DNA of 63,398 bases, the filler included, from Salisapilia sapeloensis CBS 127946 (taxonomy: Eukaryota > Protista > Oomycota): the NCBI GenBank assembly GCA_023334545.1. It is 7 parts of 7 records of this genome, joined end to end, with 100 filler letters (N's around TTAATTAATTAA, not from the genome) between each part and the next. Parts side by side here need not be neighbours in the genome. Positions count along the whole stretch, not along the records: positions 1 to 25,529 come from JAADVB010000249.1; 6 more parts are not named here. The stretch is one strand, 5' to 3'. This document shows positions 13,684 to 22,600 of the stretch, one piece after another. The notes under the pieces were generated by a model. That model had not been told where the DNA came from. It made no database searches and worked only from the letters and a program-made list of their open reading frames with translations. Within the stretch, counting starts at the first letter, position 1. Each line of letters starts with the position of its first letter. The position numbers and the translations under genes are program-made.

Positions 13684-16600
13684 ATGCGTGCGGCTCGGGC
13701 GCTCGCACTCGCCAGCAGTGACATTGGAACCGTTAACAGAGCCACACTGGCGCTGTGGCACCTGCGACAACTGCTGCCTAGACTTTTGCACGCTGATGGG
13801 GGCTCGCCGCTGGATGCCGAGTTGGACCAGCTCGTCGAAGAGCTCGGCAGCGAGCATAATTATGACAGCGACGAAGGGAGCGAAGACGATAAGGGAGACG
13901 GAATGGACCTCGGGTATGGGATGCGAGTGGCAGCAGTTGTCTGGGATGACGATGATGCCACCGAGAGCGAAGACTCGAGGAAGGAGGAGGAACGGAAGAA
14001 TGGGAATAGCACGACACAGATCACGCCTGCGACACAAGTATCGGTCGTCTACGACAAATACAGGTGTGTGATATGCCTAGACGCCTCTCGCTCGTCCTTG
14101 TCGATCGACCCTGCCACCGGAAGACTGTTTCTCGACTTGCTCTATGAATCTGTCGAGCTGTATCTTCGAGGTCTTCTCCGTCCAATGTGCATTGGGAACA
14201 TTACCTTCTTCCCAGAGATCCATCTATCGGTCATGGCGCAGGGCTCCAGGGTAGAGTCTCTTTGTATGTTGACGCAAGATTTTGTCGTCACGCCAGCCAA
14301 CGTTGCTGTCTTATTGCAGCTACTGCGTGACCGTATTCATTGGCTCGAAGATGACTGGTCGTCTCGCGTGCCTGAGAATGTGCAGGAAGATGAAAAAGTG
14401 GGCGAGCCGGAACGCTCGAGCTTGGGCTGGATGCTCCACAACGCCATGTTTGCGCTGCACTCGCTGCCTGCCACGGCCGCCCCTAGCGTCGTCCTGGTTT
14501 CAGACGGCGTACTAGACTTCTTCCGCACCTCTGCATATGACAGTCTTCTCATGCAGCTACGCAGACATGACATGGAGTGCCACTTCGTTCGGGTCGGTGG
14601 CTCTTGTGCCGATCCGTCATCGGCATTTGGCTTTGTTCCTGATCCAGAGCTACTTCGTTTTGTCGCAGACTCAACTGACGGGCGACTCTTTGACTTTATG
14701 GCACTCCAGCAAGCATGCTTTTCGTCCACGATGGAAGAGGACGTTCCGAAGCAAGATAAGCAATTGTACGACATGACTTCTTTCCAAAAGGCATACTTTG
14801 TGCGTTACTCCAGCGTCCACACAATTGCGGAACCTGTGCTTCGGATTGAGGACTGGTGTGTCCCATCCTCGGACGGTTCCAGTCTGCTTCCGCTTCGACC
14901 CTACGAGATGTATCGAGAAAAAGTCCATGAGTACAGGATCCAGGCAGATGTGGAGCGCATCGTTGAGGCAAGAGTGCGAGAGGGCTTCCGTCTGCATGCG
15001 ATTGAGACCCAGCGGGATGGAGAAGTCGAGTTGGAGTCCATGTACCATGCTCCGTCTACCGTCGCTGACTCGGACTCGGGCTCGGAAGGCGGAGGAGAGT
15101 CTTATCGCCTGCACTTTGTCTTCTTGTTGGAATGGAAGCAGAACGTCTGGGTGGAGTACGTTGTGTCTTGTAACGCGTCCGATCCGTTGCAGACGCCCAA
15201 TGGACAAGAGCTCACATCGAGTGACTTGTATGTGAAGATGAACATCCTCTCCAACGTTGCCTTCCTCCGGGCGTACGAAGACACCATGTACTACAGGTCG
15301 CAGTCCCAGACGCCCATGACAGGTGCTGGGACCCCGTTGGCTCTTCGTGACTTTATCGGAAGCATCCAGAACGTCGACCGAGTGCTTTTGCACTTGATGA
15401 CTGCCACCGCTTCCGTCAATGCGTCGGTGGACGCCAGCGCTCAGTTTTCCTTTGCGTCCAAGACGAATGCGTCGAGCACTGCTTTGTCAGCTCAAGCCCA
15501 GGCATCGCATCCGGTATTTAATATCATAGGGGAGCTGACGCCTGTGGTGTGGCATCGGTGGTTCTTCGTCGAGCGCTTTGAGCTGCTTGCAGTCGCGAAC
15601 CACGCGAGCTCCGTCGATGCCTTCTACCGCCCTGCGAATGACAACGAGGCCAACCGCAGCAATAACTTTTCATCCATGTCCACAACAAGAGCGACGAATG
15701 CAAACCGACGTAACGGTGGACAGAGTCTGGAAGCACCCTTTGGCATCGCCCAAGTCATGGACATGCTCACCCCTGTGCTGTCAGAGTGGAGCTCTCAGAC
15801 GTTGTCAAAAGACTTGTATTTAAAGTTTCTAGCGCCAGTGAATGACAGAAAGGTATTGCGTCATGACAGGTCTCACTCTGGTAGTCGCAGGCGACCTCGA
15901 AGATCCGCATCGAGTGGCAAGCTGCTGGAAGAGAGCTCGGCATCTACTGCGCCAAGGGATGGTGTCAGTAAATCCTCCTTGTGTTTCATTCGTGTAGAGG
16001 TGAAGAACAAGACGATCTGTGCCATCCACGTTGCGTTCTTTGCCACTGGAGGTGCCGCGAGAGAGCAGGAAATGGAGGATCTGAAGGAAAAGCTCGTCGT
16101 AGGCATCAATGAGGCCGTGGCAGCTTCCTCGACCGTACCAGACATGGACGCGTCTCCGTCCAAATCCGTCGTCCAGAGCGACCGACTCATCAATAGATTG
16201 TTGGTGACGAATTACACACTGCAGCAGTTCGATACAACGCCATCGGAACGACAGGAACAACCTGTTCAGGCAGCTGTGACGGAAGGCGCGTGGTGCTGTG
16301 GAGGCAGTGAGCTCCAGCTTCGAAGTATCTTTGGTGCCTACATGTGGCACTCGAACTGGATGTGGGAGGTTGCGAGCGTCGATTCTCTCGTTAGTGCCAT
16401 GCGGAGGCTGCACGAGTCTAGACTCCAAAGTGGGTTCTGGATCCTCGACTGGACCATGGATGAAGACTCGAACGGCCACGCTCGGACACGAAGCGTTATC
16501 TTTGGTCGAGAGCTTCTCATGGAAGACCAGAATGGACATTTGAAGACGTCTCTGGTTCAGTACGCACTCCGCCGCGTGTCAGATACGTGTTTGATGACGT

Positions 16601-19600
16601 CCTTTTGGATGGAACCTCAGCATGGATTCGTCAAGGCTCGACTGTCACCAAAAGCAGACACTAGCGACTCTTTCCACTGGGGTCTTCGGCACGTAGTGGG
16701 ACACGACATCCCGGTGGACGATATGTACCGGCACGACTACCATCCGGACTATCCGGATGCAGAGGCCTGTCCGTCTGCAGCAGACTGCAACCCTGAGGAA
16801 GCAGAGAGGCGGTCGATGGAGAAGGAGGATGAGCGTCTCGGAGGTAGCTGCAACATGTATTTGAGCGAAAACGACCTCTTGAGACTCATCCAGAGCTACT
16901 TGTATCGGAGTGACCGCCACCTCCTGTCATGCCTGTATACGTTTGACTGTGTTATGAACTTGCGCGAACGAATTGAACTGCTGTCACAACTGAGTAAGGA
17001 CATTGAGGGCACGGTCGGAGCGTCGTGGAAGGAGGAAGAAGAGATAGCCGCTAGGAACGGACTCCTTTTACCACCCTTTAGTACTGCGCGACTACTTGGG
17101 ACAGCAAGGCGGTCGACGGAGCGCTTCCTCATGTACCTCCAACACGATAGTGCCGAGGGAGAGGTGGGCGAGAAGAAGGAAGAGCAACCGATGGCATCTC
17201 CTGCCAACTTATATCTTTACTCTATGTTGGAGAAAACGCTCCGTGGACTGAGTGACTGCGAAGTCAGTTGGACCGATTTTGATGGAAATTGTGTCGGAGA
17301 CGATCCAATCGTTTCGGACGTAATCGGTGACGAGACCCAGATGCATGCGACGAGTGAAATGGACAGTATGCCCGTGTGGCTCAAGTGGCACGGTCTCTCG
17401 CCTTCTCTCCAGTCGAAACGGAGCTCTCAGACAATACACAAGGGCAAGTGCTTTGCAAAGCTAGTGGACGACGATGTTGTTGTGTTGGCGTTCTTGCCTT
17501 CACTGGAAACGCTTCAGACGCGTAAACGGCCGAACGAAGGTCCGTTGGAATCTAGCAGTCATCTGTCCAGCGTCATGGAGCAAGCCAAGTCGACCATCGG
17601 CAGCCAGTTTCTAGGTGACTTGCACCGGAACTCGAGAGCACGTAGCAGCAGCAGCAGGCCTGGCCTTCGTGCTGGTATGTCTGCTGACGACATTGTGCTC
17701 TTGCACGAACAGCGACGCAGTTTCCGGGAAGGCTACAAGTCCTGGCGCATGGGTTTCCACCATGGCTCGAGAGATCAAAAGGACGGCAGCGACTATAGTT
17801 CATCTCTTCCTTTCTTGTCGTCGTCTCCAGGAGACACAGAATTTTGTCATGAACTGAGTCGCCAGTCTCCCTTTGGTTGCGACTTCCATGTCCTAATAGA
17901 ACAGCAGAGAGAGGCTCCTCGGACTGGCTTTTTTCAAGTGGCCTTTTACGAGTGCTCAGCGTCCCAGTTGTCGTCCAAGACTCTGGAGGTGGCAGATAAA
18001 GAGAACTCTAATCTGCCGCTCAAGATACTGCAACGATTGTTCTTATCACCAGAAGAGGCAGAGGTAGGTAGCCAAGGAACCTACAAACAGCACGTACGGA
18101 GTAAGAGCTTAGGGTGGACGCATATGCAAGGGACAGAAGTTGTGAGCACTGATGAAGAAGTCTCGCTGTCACTCACTTCAAGACGTTTCCAGAGAAAGGT
18201 CAAGCGAGCGCATGAGCACAACTTTACTAGAGGAGTGTACGTCGCATTGCGAGAAGGTGGAGAATTGCAACGAAGTGACTTGGCACAAGCTATTTCAAGC
18301 TGCGTCGAAGTGCCCATCGACCTCGACATCACGTTGCTATATCGAATGCTTCAGTTGGATGCTAGCAATAGGACAGAGCTGTCGTTCGTGGCGGCGAGTG
18401 ACCGACGCGCTCTGAAGAAAGAGCTGAGCAAGTCACTCGAAGCGATTGTGGCCAAGATCTTCCACCGCGTTTCCGACACAAACTACTTTTACTTTACAGG
18501 CGCCGAGACAACGACGTCCCAGGATGAGTTTTCAGAAGACGAGTACAACCTGCACCTGCTGCTGGAAGATGGGTCGGAGGACATTGAGTCCATTTCGCAG
18601 ACGAATGAAACGTTTTCAGATAACTCTGCCGATGAGCTCACCGAAGAAGTGGTAAAGAACCAGTCGAGACGGTTGCGGTCTACCCAGACAATGCCGGTAC
18701 GTCGGCGATTATCCCGTCGATCTGGTGGACGACACCAAGAGATGGCAGACGAGCCTTCGACTCCGTCCTCTGACGAAGCGCTAGAGCTGCTGGACCACCA
18801 CCCTGCGGTTGTGGAAGACGCAGAGTTTAACAAGGAGGTCGCTGTCGCTACGTCGACGTTCTCGGCTCCGTTCTTCTTCAGGTTTGAATACCGAGAGCGT
18901 GGCAGTCGTCGGTATCGTGCCAACGAGGAAGGCCAACGACCACACGACTTGCCTCGGGCGAAGCGTACGCAGTCGTTCAACCTCGGCAGTGCACCCGTGG
19001 CGTCATCCATGTCGTCTGGCAATGACGGTCTTGCGCTTCGGATCAAATCCGATGGAAAGGATGTGGCGAGAATAGCAGAATGGTTCACAAAGTCTCCGTC
19101 GTCTCGCACTGTGCTTCGACTTGTGACGTTGACGCTGCCGAATGAACAGCTCTTGGAACGATCGCATGACTACTATCTGCGCCGAGGCGCTCCGTTCGAC
19201 CGCAATGACGTTTATACCAACTCGGAAGCCTCGAAAGCCGAGCTGTTTGCCTCTCTTCCGCTCTTCCAGCGCCAAGTGATTTCAAAGGTGCGAACGGAGA
19301 TCAAGGAGTGGAGCAGTATGCAGATACTGTCCATTCTTCGTCGAGCCAACCAGATTACGCCATCCATTGCGCGACTAGTCCAAAAGCTCTTTGAAGACCT
19401 TCCGTCGTCCGCATGTAGTAAGGCAAAGTACCCACTGGACTTCGTCCCAGGTACTTTTGAAGGCTTCCTGGATCCGATTGATCTATTCCGCCAAGAGCTC
19501 TTAAAAGGAACGTTTCTCCATGTGCATGAAAACGACGGCGTGCTTTTTGTCGTCCATCCGACTGTTGATGGCGCTGCGGCGGACGATAGCCAACCTGCGT

Positions 19601-22600
19601 TTGAAGTACGGTTCTGGGCGTACTTGGTGCTAGGTACGAGGGATGTCACGCTGCATCTGCACCAAGCAGAGAACGACAGCACGTCAGTAAGCCGATTGGA
19701 GACGCTGACTTCTCTGCACATGTCCATTGCCAACGTTTGCAAGCGAGTGAACCAGTATTTGTTACTTTTGCAACTACACGAGACGCGTAGCTGCAACAGC
19801 TATCTGTTGCCGCCGGATGCTAACCAGTCCTCCAGTCCGCAATCTCCAGAGCGAAGTGAATCACCTGACAAGTTGGCTCACGTCCATGATGACGATGGCG
19901 TCAGCGGCCCGTTCTTTTGGCCTGGTCAGTTTGCGTGCGATCGTCAGTACGCTGCTTTCTTCAAGCTGCATGAACGATTGGCACCAAACATTGCCCTCAA
20001 TATGCTCTGCACCTCGGCACTGGAGCAGTTCGAAGTGCACAACCGTCGCCAAACGTTCGTGTACCGCGATCGTGACGGCCATGTGTTTTACATGAAGATC
20101 CGCGTGGCGTCCAGTCTAGATGACGCATCGACAGCCTCTAGCGACATGACAGGTATCCTGCTCGAAGTCTTTGGTGTTTGCAAGGCGGGAGAAGAGATCA
20201 CGCTGGAGCTTTGCCGGTTGCTGGAGCGAAAGTTGGACGAAGCGACGCAACTCATCATGATGAAGCTTTTGGCGCGAAATGCCAAGTTCCAACTGACAGC
20301 GTCAGACGTTGCCTTTGTCTGCCCCTCGAGTGCTAATCCTTCCAAGGTATACGAGTACGAGATCCCGATTGACGCGACACGTGCAAGTGCCTTCCGATAC
20401 TACTTGTGCCAGATGCTATCGATCGCACCGTACATTCGCCACTTGACGAACGCGACGCCAGCGCAGAGAAGAGCTAGTAATGCCGCCAGTGAGGTAAACG
20501 TCAAGTGGAAGAATTGGAAAGAATCCGTGGAAGGAAGAGGTGACGAGCCAGCGTCTAGCTATGTATCCTCATTCGATGGACGAGGCGATAGTATGTATGG
20601 TGCCATGGGCGAACTCGTCGGTGCTGCAGGTGGCAAAGTGCAGGATGAAGTGGTGGACCATGCTTCTTTTGTCCTCAATTTGAACCCAGAGCTTCGTTTG
20701 TCGCCGACATTTCTGTCTTTAGTCGGCAAGGGACTAGGCCTGCTGCACGTGGATTTGTTGGTGCGGACGGGAGATGCGCCAGCAGATGCAACTAAAGTCG
20801 ATTTGAGCAACCTTGATGATGTTTTGTCTAGTATTCGTCGACTTGGAGGAGAGACGGAGACTAGTCAGTCGACAATCATCGTCCGGTGTGAGCTCTTTGT
20901 TCGAGGAGGTATCAATTCGGACGGACTCATGGACTACCTCCACACTGGTGTCAAGGAGACCGTCGTAGATTATGCGATTGAAACCACATTGGAGGACAAC
21001 GCCAAGTCTCCGGAAAACTCAGACTCCTTTGAGCCTTTGATGGGCTCGCAGTCGTTCCTGCCAGCCAAAGTTCCAGAGCTGCTGGGGCTCTTGAAAAAGT
21101 CCACAGAGATGCGTTCGGCCTCTGTCACGCGCCTTTTACACGCGAGTGCCTTTGGTACTTGGGACATGTCCTCGGTTGTATATCAGCTACAGCAAGGCCT
21201 GTCCTGCACACCGGACCACCTCCAAGCTGACGTTTATTACCGAAACACTAGTGGACATTATGAGAAAATCGAAGACCTGACGTCGTGGCAAAGGCACGAG
21301 GGGCAGACAGTGGGAGATCGTTGCTACCGGATCGTCACTCGTCTACAGAACGAAGGTGAGATCAAGCAGCCACATCGAACGCACTCTGCACCGGCGACTT
21401 CGGAGCCGAAAGAGTTAAGCGCAGAGCTGATACACTCTGACTCGGTCCAGTCCGACCTGTCTGAAATTGACCTGGCCACGAGTCGACTATCCCTCTCTCG
21501 TATGTCAACAAACAGCTCCGATGTACTTGGCAATTCAGCCACATCCTTCTCAACCACGCACCATCACCTAAAGGAATTCACCGAAAGCGAGCTCATGCTA
21601 TACCAGCCTAAGACCGGGAAGCCCTTGTCGACGAATCCGCGTGACGAAAGCGTCTCCCGATCCTTTTTCTGCTGTTTGGATATCTCCTCCAAGGACGGCA
21701 TCTCGTTCTACGGATACAATGCTAGCTATGCTTTCCTAGAGGTACTGTTGGTACACTTTTCTCGCGTGTTAACATGGTCTCAGCTGCGAGAGAACTTGTC
21801 GAGGAGTCTGGCTCTGGTCAAGACTGGTGCGAGGGCAGCCGCTCCATCTGGGGCAAAAGTGGTTCACCCACGACACCTTTACGTTAGTGGCGGAGGCAAC
21901 ACGATAAGCAAAGGAGCCTTTCCACTGCCGAAAGACGCTGCAGTCGCCTTTGTTCCGTTCTGGCAAGTGGCTGCCGACATTATTGAAGCGCACAGTCACC
22001 TGCCGAATGCGCTTAAGCAGCACCAGCTGCGTCTGATTGATGGAAGTGCGTTTGGAAAGTATTTGCGAGAAGCCCACGTGATCGCAAGTGACGCAGATGA
22101 CTCCCGTCGATCTCGGTCGAGGAGTAACGCAAGTTTACAAGGCATCAGTACGAATGAAAGTGGTTTGAAAGAACCTTCTAGCGTATCTAGTGAGACTCAA
22201 GCTTCTTCTGGCGAAGTCAGGTCGTCCAAGTCGAGAGGAGATCGTCCACTTGCTTCGCCTACCAAGACTAGTGGCTCTTCGCAGACTAAACTACGTTCTA
22301 ATGCTGGCGCTTCGAACGCACTATTGGCTGCACGCGCCAGAGCACGCGGAGGCCTGCCCCCAGGAAAGTTTGGCGGTCCACCGACGAGTCGTCCGCCGAC
22401 TTCTAGTACCTGTTCAGACGGTGTAGCACCATGGGATCTTCCGATAGCAAACCCCAAAGGACCAAAGCTGGCATCTGCACCTACCTCTGCGACAGATGTC
22501 CCTCCGACGTCTGCCACGTCCACACATTCGACATCATCGACCACGAACGAGAAAGATGGAGACAAAGGTGCTGCCGTGCGCTCTGGAGGGAATGTTTCAT

